The notes: generated by a model from the letters alone, not told the origin. Positions 49,839-62,345 are shown, counted from the first letter of the stretch. The stretch is 64,000 nucleotides of DNA from Octopus sinensis (GCF_006345805.1 NC_043000.1:155992001-156056000); one strand, 5' to 3'. Made by a program: numbers and translations.

Positions 49839-50225
49839 GGCGCAGGAGTGGCTGTGTGGTAAGTAGCTTGCTAACCAACTACATGGTTCCGGGTTCAGTC
49901 CTACTGCGTGGCATCTTGGGCAAGTGTCTTCTGCTATAGCCCTGGGCCGACCAATGCCTTGTGAGTGGATTTGGTAGACGGAAACTGAAAGAAGCCTGTC
50001 GTATATATGTATGTGTTTGTGTGTCAGTGTTTGTCCCCCTAGCGTTGCTTGACAACAGATGCTGGTGTGTTTACGTCCCCGTCACTTAGCGGTTCGGCAA
50101 AAGAGACTGATAGAATAAGTACAGGACTTACAAAGAATAAGTCCCAGGGTCGATTTGCTCGACTAAAGGCGGTGCTCCAGCTTGGCCACAGTCAAATGAC
50201 TGAAACAAGTAAAAGAGTAAAAGAG
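49839..50225 (+). mobile_element. SINE-B
   Basis: Family match. Confidence 0.9.
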
Positions 50226-50319
50226 AGAGTAAGAGTGTGTATGTATATAGATGCATGCATGTATGTATGCATGCATGTATGTATGCATGCATGTATGTAT
50301 GCATGCATGCATGCATGTA

Positions 50320-51754
50320 CTGGGTCATCCCATAAATAATGTGTTTTTTTTTCAATTGCATGAAAAGCCAAAGGGGAACAGGATAAACTACTTGCATCAA
50401 CTTGCTATAAAAGCAGGTCGTAATTTTACTTTGTCCTTATTCTTAGTGCAAGTTTTGAAGAGTGCAGTTCGATTTTGACAGTTATTTTCTCAAAGCTATA
50501 ATGGAAGTGACAAAGGAGCATATTTGGTATATTTTGCTTTATGAGTCCAATAAAGACAACAACACAATGGAAAGTGCAAGGAATATTAATGCAGCAAATG
50601 AGGATTGGACAATAAGTGTAAGCCAGTGTCAACGACGGTTCCAGAAATTCCAAGCCTAAAACTACAGCCTAGAAGACAAGCTTTGTCCTGGAAGATCTGT
50701 AGAGCTTGACGAGGATGTCCTGCTACCCTGGTGGAACAGGATCCCATCGTAACAGTTGAGGAACAAGCAGAGAAGCTTAGATTTGGTCATTCAACCATTC
50801 ATCGATACCTGTGTGCCATCAGAAAAGTCAGCAGATTGGGTCAATAGGTTCCTCACAAACTTTTCGAGGCTAACCATGTGTAGAGAGTGAATGTGTGCTC
50901 TTCTTTGCTGTCATGATTCACAAATGAACCTTTTTTTGGTAACGAGAAATGGGTTCTCTATAAAAACGTCAAGCACTAAAGACAGTGGGTAGGGAAAGGA
51001 GAAATACCGGCACCCCAGGATAAAGAAGGTCTTCACCTATGTAAGGTGTTGTTATCTGTTCTATATTTTTGAGATGAGGAATTATGTACATTATGTACAA
51101 TAGACGGATGTTGTTATCTGTTTGGTGGGATATGAAAGGCTTAGTCCACTTCGAACTTTTAAACCCAAACTAAATGATAACAAGGGAGATCTACTGCGAG
51201 CAGCTTAAATCAGCACTAGAAGAAAAACGACCATCTTTGGTTTCAAGATGAAAGGTGTTCTTCCATCAGGATAATGCTTGGCCACATACAGCGAGGATGA
51301 CATTCCAAAGGCTGGAGCAGTTTGAATGGTAAATGATGCCCCACCCACCATATTCGCTGCACATTACCCCATCTGATTATCATTTATTCTGCAGTCTTCA
51401 AAATCATCTGGAAGGAAAAAATATGAATTCTGTAGACAGGGTCAGAAGAGTACTGGAGAAGTATTTTTCATCAGAAGAGTACTGGAGGAGTATTTTTCAT
51501 CAGAAGAGTACTGGAGGAGTATTTGTCAGAAGAGTACAGGAGTATTTGTCAGAAGAGTACTGGAGGAGTATTTGTCAGAAGAGTTACAGGAGGAGTAAAT
51601 TTTGAAAGAGGGGCCATTGCAAGTCTAGCAGATCGATGGAAGAGCATTGTAGAAAATGAAGGAGAGTATATTTAAGATTAAAAAAGACTGTTGTTTATCT
51701 TAATATTGAAAAATAGAAGTACAAAAAAACTGCATTATTTATGGGATGACCCAA
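50320..51754 (+). mobile_element. Full-length but inactivated mariner (D,D34D-type) element
   Basis: TA TSD; TIR (C/T)TGGGTCATCCCATAAATAATG; HTH region EHIWYILLYE..ARNI..RFQKF; NEKWVLY, HQDNA, PHPPYS..PSDYHLF; stops and frameshifts. Confidence 0.9.
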
Positions 51755-51761
51755 TATATAT

Positions 51762-51974
51762 AGGGAGTGCTAAAAAGTTCCTGGCTTTAAGGGTATCGTG
51801 AAAGGTCTGGCTGGAGGCCCAACTTTCTGAGTTCTTTTACAGGGCTAGGAAAAACTAAAGGACTGCTGCAACAAGTGTATAAATCTGAGAAGGGGAATAT
51901 GTTGAATAAAATCATAATTAACTAATATCTTCCTGTATTTTCATTTACTCAAAAGCAGGAAGTTTTCAGCACTC
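51762..51974 (+). mobile_element. Mariner-derived MITE
   Basis: KCIxLxGEYVE*-like remnant; related to 47680-47884. Confidence 0.6.
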
Positions 51975-52357
51975 TGTTGTATATATATATGTGTGCATGC
52001 ACATACACACACACACACAACACACATTCACATACTTAGGATGAAGTGGTGCAGATTGACTGAAGATACTGTTGATCACCTTCCTTCATTCCACCCTTAG
52101 TGGTAGCCAACAAATGGCTACCACTCCTCCCCACATCACTCTGTTTTCTCACCCTTCACTGGGCCTATAAATGAGAGATTATATCAGTCCATCTTCATCA
52201 CTCTCTGCATTCTTTCTTTCTTCCCTGTTCATTTCAGTCATCCATCTGTCACTCATACACCCAATCTTATTCCACCATTTATGATGCTTGTAAATGACAA
52301 ATAGTATTCCATACCATCATCTTTATCGCTCTTAAGCCACCATTTAAGAAACTATTG

Positions 52358-52533
52358 GACCGTAAAAAGCACCCACTACACTCGCGGAGTGGTTGGCGTT
52401 AGGAAGGGCATCCAGCTGTAGAAACTCTGCCAGATCAGACTGGAGCCTAGTGCAGCCCCTGGCTTCCCAGACCCTGGTCGAACCGTCCAACCTGTGCTAG
52501 CGCGGAAAACGGATTTTAAACGATGATGATGAT
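52358..52533 (+). mobile_element. RTE-A 3' tail
   Basis: Family match. Confidence 0.85.
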
Positions 52534-52581
52534 GGACCATCCTCATCACTCAACTTATTCTTTCATCTCTGGGCCAATGTA

Positions 52582-52793
52582 CAGGGTGGCCCACAAGTAG
52601 GTTTACAGTTATTCAACTATCTCTTTTGCATTCATACATTAGCAGTTTAGATCTTAATTATAAAAAAATATGGAACCATTATTCTATTCTAATTCAGTTA
52701 ATTGTAAGACAGAAATTTAAATGTAATAAAATGTTTTAAAAAAAATTTAAAGTGCCTATGTGATAACTGTAAACCTAGTTTTGGGCCACCCTG
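52582..52793. mobile_element. Tc1/mariner-type MITE
   Basis: TA TSD; ~30 bp TIR CAGGGTGGCCCA(C/A)AA(G/C)TAGGTTTACAGTTA. Confidence 0.85.
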
Positions 52794-53068
52794 TATATGA
52801 GACTTACACTCTACCTAACCCTATCTAACTGCCACCCTACATCCTCTTTCCTCTGGATCATTTCTATTTATCATCATACCCTACACTTGCAATGCTCACC
52901 TCTGCTACTGCTCATCACTTACCTTGTCTTCATCCCCAATCACTCTCTATCTACCATCCTATTCTTGCTCCTTTCACTCACCCACTCTGGCTGTCTATTG
53001 TTCCCTCTCTTCTTCATCATATTACCTCAGTGAAAGTAGATATTTTAGGTCACTAAGTACTCTCTACG

Positions 53069-53748
53069 TTTACAGTGTACAAGGTAGACCTAGGAAAACC
53101 TGGGACGAGGTGGTGAAGCACAACCTTCGAACTTTAGGTCTCACTGAGGAAATGACCAGCGACCGAGACCTTTGGAAATATGCTGTGCGTGAGAAGACCA
53201 GGCAGGACAAGTGAGTCCAGCCCACTTATGAATGCCTTTCCTCCCTTGGACACAAAGACCTGTTGAGGCAAGTGAAGTCGAAATCGAACCTCATCTGACG
53301 ACAGGCACCCATGCCAACCCCACTTCTCTGCTTGCGAAGACCTGTTGGGGCAAGTGAAATCGAAATCGGAATTGAAATTGAACCAATCCTATGACTGGCA
53401 CCCGGCAGATGCCAGGACCCCTGGACTGGTGGTACGTAAAAAGCACCATCCGAATCGTGGCCGATGCCAGTGCCACCTCGACTGGCTTCTGTGCCGGTGG
53501 CACGTAAAATGCACCAATCCAACCGTGGCCGTTGCCAGCCTCGCCTGGCACCTGTGCAGGTGGCACGTAAAAAGCACCCACTACACTCACGGAGTGGTTG
53601 GCGTTAGGAAGGGCATCCAGCTGTAGAAACACTGCCCGATATGACTGGAGCCTGGTGCAGCCTTCTGGATTCCCAGATCCCCGGTCGAATCGTCCAACTC
53701 ATGCTAGCATGGAGAACGGACGTTAAACAATGATGATGATGATGATGA
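53069..53748 (+). mobile_element. RTE-A 3' end
   Basis: GRPRKTWDEVVKHNLRTLGL.., 3' UTR and (GAT)n. Confidence 0.9.
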
Positions 53749-54087
53749 AGGTATCCCCACCACCACCACCTTGTATGTTAGCATCACAATGGAGAATCTT
53801 CTTGCAGCTCCACCCCACTGAGTGATTGATGAATGAGCAGAAACAGAGTTGAAATGTCTCTTAGTCCTGTCTCACTAAGGACCTGACAACCTACTTAGTG
53901 CTGGAGTCAGGATAGACACACCCAGCATATAGTGTTAAGTGGCTGGCAAACAAGCAGAGAAAGCTTATGCTGCTAGGTTCCTTAAGTCTTGTCTCATTGA
54001 AGACACATAAACCTCTCCAATGCTGGCTCTGCAAGAAAAAGCAGCCAGTAAGAACTGTATAGTGGTTGTTGATAAGGTGGGCATTAA

Positions 54088-54318
54088 GGCGGTGAGCTGG
54101 CAGAATCGTTAGCACGCCGGGCGAAATGCGTAGCTGTATTTCGTCTGCCGTTACATTCTGAGTTCAAATTCCGTTGAGGTCGACTTTGCTTTTCATCCTT
54201 TCGGGGTCGATAAATTAAGTACCAGTTACGCACTGGGGTCGATATAATCGACTTAATCCGTTTGTCTGTCCTTGTTTGTCCTCTCTCTGTTTAGCCCCTT
54301 GTGGGTAGTAAAGAAATA
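54088..54318 (+). mobile_element. SINE-A
   Basis: Family match; TSD GATAAGGTG(G/A)GCATT. Confidence 0.9.
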
Positions 54319-54460
54319 GATAAGGTGAGCATTCAGCCATGGAAACCAAACCAAGATAATATATATGAATACCAGTCTATGGGAGGAGTAGCTGCCTATA
54401 AGATAAAACTTGAACTGTGATTACCCCTGCAACCCATGCCAACAGGAAAAGTGAACTTAA

Positions 54461-54493
<33 letters not shown>

Positions 54494-54799
54494 AATAGAT
54501 ATCCAAATTTAGGGAATGGAACAGGCAAAACGCAGGCTATGTATGTTTCCTAGCTAGCAGAACCTCAGAAGTAGTAATTACTCAACGAGGGTTACTCCAC
54601 TAGCTACTAATCAGGCTGAAGATACCTTAGTTAAATGAAGGTTACATTGGTGTCAAGAGATCCCAGGTTAACACTTGCAGATTTTATCGAAAATAAGTGG
54701 AAAGCATGGAATGATATATATATATTTTCTTTTTCTCTCTAGTTTCAGCTCAGAGCTGCGGCCATGCTAATGCATCACCGTTAAATATATATATATATA

Positions 54800-54986
54800 G
54801 TTAATCCAAACATGAAAACATAACAACACGAGGACGTGGAACAAGTATGGTATTATTGAACGCTCAGGAAAGAAGGAGGGTTTAACGCTTCGAGCGGAGC
54901 TCTTCGTCAGAAACATAGGAAAAGGAAAGATCCGAAGAAGAGAAGACGAAGGAAAAAAAATCGACAACGGTACACATGCGGTCACA
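54800..54986 (-). mobile_element. Second copy of the hammerhead-bearing (TA)n-tailed element
   Basis: Reverse-complement match to 35231-35434. Confidence 0.65.
54880..54914 (-). ncRNA. Minimal hammerhead ribozyme motif (A15.1 changed to G)
   Basis: GTTT CTGACGA A GAGC TCC GCTC GAA GCGT T AAAC. Confidence 0.5.
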
Positions 54987-55009
54987 TTTTGAAGTATATA
55001 TTATTATTA

Positions 55010-55068
<59 letters not shown>

Positions 55069-55107
55069 TATATATATATATTTATATATATATATATACT
55101 TGATTAT

Positions 55108-55323
55108 GGCGGTGAGCAGGCAGAAACATTAGCATGACGAACGAAATGCGTAACCGTATTTCGTCTGCCGTTACGTCCTGAGTACAAATTCCGCCGAGGT
55201 CAACTTTGCCTTTCATCCTTTCAGGGTCAATGAATTAAGTACCAGTTACGCACTGAGGCTGATGTAATCAACTTAATCCTTTTGTCTGTCCTTGTTTGTC
55301 CCCTTGTGGGTAGTAAAGAAATA
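55108..55323 (+). mobile_element. SINE-A
   Basis: Family match; TSD TATATACTTGATT. Confidence 0.85.
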
Positions 55324-55367
55324 ATATATACTTGATTCATTCTCTGAATCCTATTTACATTAATAAC

Positions 55368-55802
55368 AGGGCATCCAGCTGTAGAAACTCTGCCAGATCA
55401 AGATTGGAGCCTGGTGCAGCCATCTGGTTCGCCAGTCCTCAGTCAAATCGTCCAACCCATGCCAGCATGGAAAGCGGACGTTAAACGATGATGATGATAA
55501 TGATGAACATGTTAGTAAAATCATGGTTCTCTTTGTATACAGGCATGTCTTACTCATCTTTCTTCAGCGGAGTGATTCTAATCTTGCAGGCTCATGGGCA
55601 CTGGTATCATGTAAAAAAGCACCCAGTACACTTTGTAAAATGATGGCTGGTATTAGAAAGGGCATCCAGCCATAGAAACGGTGCCAAAACAGACATGGAG
55701 CCCAGGCAAGCTCCTCAGCCGGCCAGTTCCTATCGAACCGTCCAACCCATGCCAGCAGGGAAAACGGACATTAAATAAATGATGATGATGTGATGACGAC
55801 GA
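55368..55802 (+). mobile_element. Two consecutive RTE-type 3' tails (55368-55505 and about 55605-55802)
   Basis: GGGCATCCAGC...CCAACCCATGC...(GAT)n occurs twice. Confidence 0.75.
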
Positions 55803-56547
55803 TAGTTAATGTGTCGCAAATTACTAATCCCTTAATGAAAGTTACGTTAATATAAGAAGCTGATATTGAAATTGGTTAACTTTGTTGTAATTATATTTGT
55901 GACACTTTTTTACATTAGAGTTTTTGAGCCTAATTAAACAATATCTTTCGAATATTTAGTCACGAGTTATCTTTAAAAATATTCTTGATGTAACAGCAGC
56001 AGTGGCGGTAGTAGAGGTAGTAGTAGTAGTTACTATATTTAGTAACTCAATCTTTTCTGTCCTCTATAGGGCAATATACAACTAACTTTAGTTAGGTAAC
56101 ATAGAACTAACTTTAGTTAAATCAAGTGATGTGATAACCGGACAAAATGCTATTTAGTTTAGGAAGCAGTTGCAAATGGCATTTATTTTTCGAAGGATAA
56201 CTAGAATGATATTTAATCAAGTAAGAATTAGTTGAGTGTATGTTTTAGTAAATAGTTCCAGGAAACGAATAATAATTGGTTAACAGTGTTGTACGTGACA
56301 TCTCGACTTTCTAGAAACAGTAGCCAATTCGGTGTACCATTAATGAAAGAGAAAGAAAAAAGAAATAAATGTGACAGTCATAGATGGAACGCCTTTGATC
56401 ATAGGTCTACCTGATTAAAGCTGACCGGGAACTAAATAACAACAAACACACATTAATAGTGTAAAATTCGCTTATGTGTGGTTGTTTATTTAACACACAC
56501 CCTTTCATGTGTAAATACTTTTCTTCTTTTTAAAGGAAGTAATAAAA

Positions 56548-56602
<55 letters not shown>

Positions 56603-57058
56603 TTATTCTGTATTGTCTATATACGTAAGAGTTTAAAGGAGAAAGTAGCCATAAATCTAATTTAAAAATTTTTTTTTCTGATTACAAAAAGTAAATATTG
56701 TCAATCTTCCGATTCTAGGACAAATTGGAAGATCGCCCAATTTTTCTTATTTTCCGATTCTCAGAATCTGATAATTAAAAGATAAAAACCAAAGCATACT
56801 AAAAAAAAAGTCAGGTGTGAGTTTTGAAATCCACTCTTAAACAAACAGGTACCTAAATTGTCTGTGATAAAGAAGAGACGCCTCGCGTTTCGGATAGAAT
56901 TCTTCGTTGAGAAGAATAGTTAATTATTAATTAAAGAAACAGTGCAATGTTGGCAAGTAAAAGTATTTACTCTGTAGAAAGAGTGAATCCTTGAAAACGA
57001 AACTATTATGGGACGAATGTAAAGTAGTCTAAGTAACGTGCGGCTAGATACTATAAAG

Positions 57059-57370
57059 CAGTAGTTCCCAAACCGGGGTCCATACAAGACTTTTGGGGGT
57101 TCACATAACAAACTAGTAAATTGGGGAGCCACAATATTTTAAGGGCCTCCAAAAAAAAAAAGGTTTGCTTTAGATGTATGTATTGTTATGTATTGCAAGA
57201 AATAGCCAGGTTTCTTTCTCTAACATTTTACCTAGTTCAACCTATACAAGTTAAAGTGTGAAGAACAAAATAGGAATTTTGAAAGAAATGGCTATGGGGG
57301 TCCGCCAGAATGAAATAGTAATCAAAGGGGTCAATAAACAAACAGACAAAAAAATCGTTGTGAATCCCTG
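57059..57370. mobile_element. hAT-type MITE
   Basis: CAGTAGTTCCCAAAC ... GTTGTGAATCCCTG ends; 8 bp TSD CTATAAA(G/A). Confidence 0.75.
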
Positions 57371-57981
57371 CTATAAAACATTCGGTACGTCGTCGTTAAT
57401 TATTGAAGACGGATCCACTGTATATTTTAATTACATTCTTAATTAACTCGAATAAAACTGGACTATTGAGTACCCATGTGTGTCAAGAGTTAGGACTATT
57501 AAAAGGAAATACACGAAGTACTTTTCTGCAAAATGATGGCCTTCTTCAGCACATTTGGTTATGGTAAGGATGTGAAATGCATCGTGCAGATGGGCACGTT
57601 TGGAGGTGTATCAAAAACAGTTTGTGGCAAGTGACTATCGTTGCCAACAAACAGGATTTTGCAAGGAAAGCTATCTCTTGTGTAAGTCATCGATGTCATA
57701 TATTATTATTTGGTCAAATGACATGGCAAGCAGGAAAAAAAAGCGCCGAAATAGTTTCCTGTACGACAGATATTTTATTTTATTTTATCTAGTTTCAGCT
57801 CACGAGCTGTGGCCATGCTGGGGCACCGCCATATATCGAGTTAGTTTGGCAATCAATCAATAGATGATGTAAACGTGAATCAGACTGATGAATTGTAAGA
57901 TGACTAACTAATCTGAATAACAGTCAGCGACCGACTAGCTGGAGAACTAAATCAATACACACAGAGAATATCGGCATAAAC

Positions 57982-58261
57982 CAGTGCTTTTCAAACTTTT
58001 TGCTGAAGCGGAACCCCGAGGAAACGTTCCACTGGCTCGAGGAACCCCTGGGCAATAATAATTTAATTGTCTTATGCACAGATATCTGCACAGGAGAATT
58101 AAAAATTACTGTCGATTTTAGCATTTTTGTAACTTCTGGCGGAACTCCTGGACTGTACTGGCGGAACCCTAAGGTTCCACGGAACCCTTGGACTGTACTG
58201 GCGGAACCCTAAGGTTCCGCGGTACCCTGAGGTTCTGCAGAACCCTGGTTGAAAACCACTG
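57982..58261. mobile_element. hAT-type MITE with an internal 40 bp tandem duplication
   Basis: CAGTGCTTTTCAAAC ... GGTTGAAAACCACTG; GGAACC/GGTTCC subterminal repeats. Confidence 0.7.
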
Positions 58262-58576
58262 ATCTATAAACAAACAAAAGCAATTAAGGAAGAAGAATGT
58301 AAACAAGTGTGGTAAAAACAATAAAAATTATAAACACTCATACCTTGTGATAACTTAAAAAATTCTCTATCCGGGATGATTATATCTTTTCTACATTTAT
58401 ATCACAAAATCTGTGTGTCTTTTAGGTAGATCTTCTAATGGTTTGTAGTTTTGTGTTACCCCAAAGCTGTAAACGTTTGGTTTGTTGTGAGGTGCAGCGT
58501 GTGACAACAAAGCGGTGCAGAGGAAAAATGACACATGGCTGTTACAGTGATCTCCCTTTACTGATCACCACCACTG

Positions 58577-61500
58577 CTAGAAATAACAGTCAAATCTTCC
58601 TGCTGTCCCTGCTTTCCCCACTACCAGGAGGCAGTAAAAGAACTTTGACGGAGACGTTCAGCCTGCTAGAAATAACAGTCAAATCTTCCTTATATCTCAT
58701 GCTACAGTCTTAAAACAAGAAGGAAAAGTATTATGTCGTAGATGGACGGGGTCTGTATAGATGACACAGCCAGAAAGGCCTTTGATTATGAGTCAGCTTG
58801 ATCAAGAATGAATTGGGAGCTTTTTGACGGAGATGTTCAGCCAGCTAGAAATAACAGTCAAATCTTCCTTATATCTCATGCTACAGTCTTAAAACAAGAA
58901 GGAAAAGTATTATGTCGTAGATGGACGGGGTCTGTATAGATGACACAGCCAGAAAGCCTTTGTTATGGTCAGCTTGATCAAGAATGAATGGGAGCTTTTT
59001 GACGGAGACGTTCAGGCCAGCTAGAAATAACAGTCAAATCTTCCTTATATCTCATGCTACAGTCTTAAAACAAGAAGGAAAAGTATATGTCGTATGGACG
59101 GGGTCTGTATAGATGACACAGCCAGAAAGGCCTTTGATTATGAGTCAGCTTGATCAAGAATGAATTGGGAGCTTTTTGACGGAGACGTTCAGCCAGCTAG
59201 AAATAACAGTCAAATCTTCCTTATATCTCATGCTACAGTCTTAAAACAAGAAGGAAAAGTATTATGTCGTAGATGGACGGGGTCTGTATAGATGACACAG
59301 CCAGAAAGGCCTTTGATTATGAGTCAGCTTGATCAAGAATGAATTGGGAGCTTTTTGACGGAGACGTTCAGCCAGCTAGAAATAACAGTCAAATCTTCCT
59401 GCTGTCCCGGCTTTCCCCACTACCAGGAGGCAGTAAAAGAACTTTGACGGAGACGTTCAGCCTGCTAGAAATAACAGTCAAATCTTCCTTATATCTCATG
59501 CTACAGTCTTAAAACAAGAGGAAAAAGTATTATGTCGTAGATGGACGGGGTCTGTATAGATGACAGCCAAAAGGCCTTTGATTATGAGTCAGCTTGATCA
59601 AGATGAATTGGGAGCTTTTTGACGGAGATGTTCACCAGCTAGAAATAACAGTCAAATCTTCCTTATACTCATGCTACAGTCTTAAAACAAGAAGGAAAAG
59701 TATTATGTCGTAGATGGACGGGTTCTGTATAGATGACACAGCCAGAAAGGCCTTGATTATGAGTCAGCTTGATCAAGAATAATGGGAGCTTTTTGACGGA
59801 GACGTTCAGCCAGCTAGAAATAACAGTCAAATCTTCCTGCTGTCCCGGCTTTCCCCACTACCAAGAGGCAGTAAAAGAACTTTGACGGAGACGTTCAGCC
59901 AGCTAGAAATAACAGTCAAATCTTCCTGCTGTCCCGGCTTTCCCCACTACCAAGAGGCAGTAAAACAACTTTGTTGGAGACGTTCAGCCTGCTAGAAATA
60001 ACAGTCAAATCTTCCTGCTGTCCCTGCTTTCCCCACTACCAAGAGGCAGTAAAAGAACTTTGACGGAGACGTTCAGCCTGCTAGAAATAACAGTCAAATC
60101 TTCCTGCTGTCCCGGCTTTCCCCACTACCAGGAGGCAGTAAAAGAACTTTGTCGGAGGCGTTCAGCCTGCTAGAAATAACAGTCAAATCTTCCTGCTGTC
60201 CCTGCTTTCCCCACTACCAGGAGGCAGTAAAAGAACTTTGACGGAGACGTTCAGCCTGCTAGAAATAACAGTCAAATCCTCCTGCTGTCCCGGCTTTCCC
60301 CACTACCAAGAGGCAGTAAAACAACTTTGTCGGAGACGTTCAGCCTGCTAGAAATAACAGTCAAATCTTCCTGCTGTCCCTGCTTTCCCCACTACCAAGA
60401 GGCAGTAAAAGAACTTTGACGGAGACGTTCAGCCAGCTAGAAATAACAGTCAAATCTTCCTGCTGTCCCGGCTTTCCCCACTACCAAGAGGCAGTAAAAG
60501 AACTTTGACGGAGACGTTCAGCCTGCTAGAAATAACAGTCAAATCTTCCTGCTGTCCCTGCTTTCCCCACTACCAGGAGGCAGTAAAACAACTTTGTCGG
60601 AGACGTTCAGCCTGCTAGAAATAACAGTCAAATCTTCCTGCTGTCCCTGCTTTCCCCACTACCAGGAGGCAGTAAAACAACTTTGACGGAGACGTTCAGC
60701 CAGCTAGAAATAACAGTCAAATCTTCCTGCTGTCCCGGCTTTCCCCACTACCAAGAGGCAGTAAAAGAACTTTGACGGAGACGTTCAGCCTGCTAGAAAT
60801 AACAGTCAAATCTTCCTGCTGTCCCTGCTTTCCCCACTACCAGGAGGCAGTAAAACAACTTTGTCGGAGACGTTCAGCCTGCTAGAAATAACAGTCAAAT
60901 CTTCCTGCTGTCCCTGCTTTCCCCACTACCAGGAGGCAGTAAAACAACTTTGACGGAGACGTTCAGCCTGCTAGAAATAACAGTCAAATTTTCCTGCTGT
61001 CCCTGCTTTCCCCACTACCAGGAGGCAGTAAAACAACTTTGTCGGAGACGTTCAGCCTGCTAGAAAAAACAGTCAAATCTTCCTGCTGTCCCTGCTTTCC
61101 CCACTACCAGGAGGCAGTAAAACAACTTTGACGGAGACGTTCAGCCTGTTAGAAATAACAGTCAAATCTTCCTGCTGTCCCTGCTTTCCCCACTACCAGG
61201 AGGCAGTAAAACAACTTTGTCGGAGACGTTCAGCCTGCTAGAAAAAACAGTCAAATCTTCCTGCTGTCCCTGCTTTCCCCACTACCAGGAGGCAGTAAAA
61301 CAACTTTGACGGAGACGTTCAGCCTGCTAGAAATAACAGTCAAATTTTCCTGCTGTCCCTGCTTTCCCCACTACCAGGAGGCAGTAAAACAACTTTGACG
61401 GAGGCGTTCAGCCTGCTAGAAATAACAGTCAAATCTTCCTGCTGTCCCTGCTTTCCCCACTACCAGGAGGCAGTAAAACAACTTTGACGGAGACGTTCAG

Positions 61501-62345
61501 CCTGCTAGAAATAACAGTCAAATCTTCCTGCTGTCCCTGCTTTCCCCACTACCAGGAGGCAGTAAAACAACTTTGACGGAGACGTTCAGCCTGCTAGAAA
61601 TAACAGTCAAATCTTCCTGCTGTCCCTGCTTTCCCCACTACCAGGAGGCAGTAAAAGGACTTTGACGGAGACGTTCAGCCTGCTAGAAATAACAGTAAAA
61701 TCTTCCTACCGTCCCTGGTTTCCACTACCAGGAGGCAGTAAAAGGACTTCGACGGAGACGTTCAGCCTGCTAGAAATAACAGTCAAATCTTCCTGCTGTC
61801 CCTGCTTTCCCCACTACCAGGAGGCAGTAAAAGGACTTTGACGGAGACGTTCAGCCTGCTAGAAATAACAGTCAATCTTCCTACCGTCCCTGGTTTCCAC
61901 TACCAGGAGGCAGTAAAAGGACTTCGACGGAGACGTTCAGCCTGCTAGAAATAACAGTCAAATCTTCCTGCTGTCCCTGCTTTCCCCACTACCAGGAGGC
62001 AGTAAAAGAATTTTGACGGAGACGTTCTGCCTGCTAGAAATAACAGTCAAATCTTCCTGTTGTCCCTGGTTTCCACTACCAAGAGGCAGTAAAAGAACTT
62101 TGTCGGAGACGTTCAGCCTGCTAGAAATAACAGTCAAATCTTCCTGCTGTCCCTGCTTTCCCCACTACCAGGAGGCAGTTAAAAAGAACTTTGACGGAGA
62201 CGTTCAGCCTGCTAGAAATAACAGTAAAATCTTCCTTATATCTCCTGCTACAGTCTTAAAATAAGAGGAAAAAGTATTATGTCGTTGATGGAAGGGGTCT
62301 GTATAGATGACACAGCTTGATCAGGAATGACTTGGGGGCTTTTTG
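58577..62345. repeat. Satellite array: about 29 units of 89 bp and about 7 units of 174-179 bp sharing a 47 bp linker
   Basis: CTAGAAATAACAGTCAAATCTTCCT starts at 58577, 58666, 58845, 59021, 59197, 59376, 59465, 59639, 59814, then about every 89 bp to 62212. Confidence 0.95.

Noticed and set aside
58577-62345. CRISPR-like repeat-spacer array
   Set aside because: The constant part is 47 bp, the spacers are only two recurring sequences, there are no cas genes, and the context is eukaryotic.
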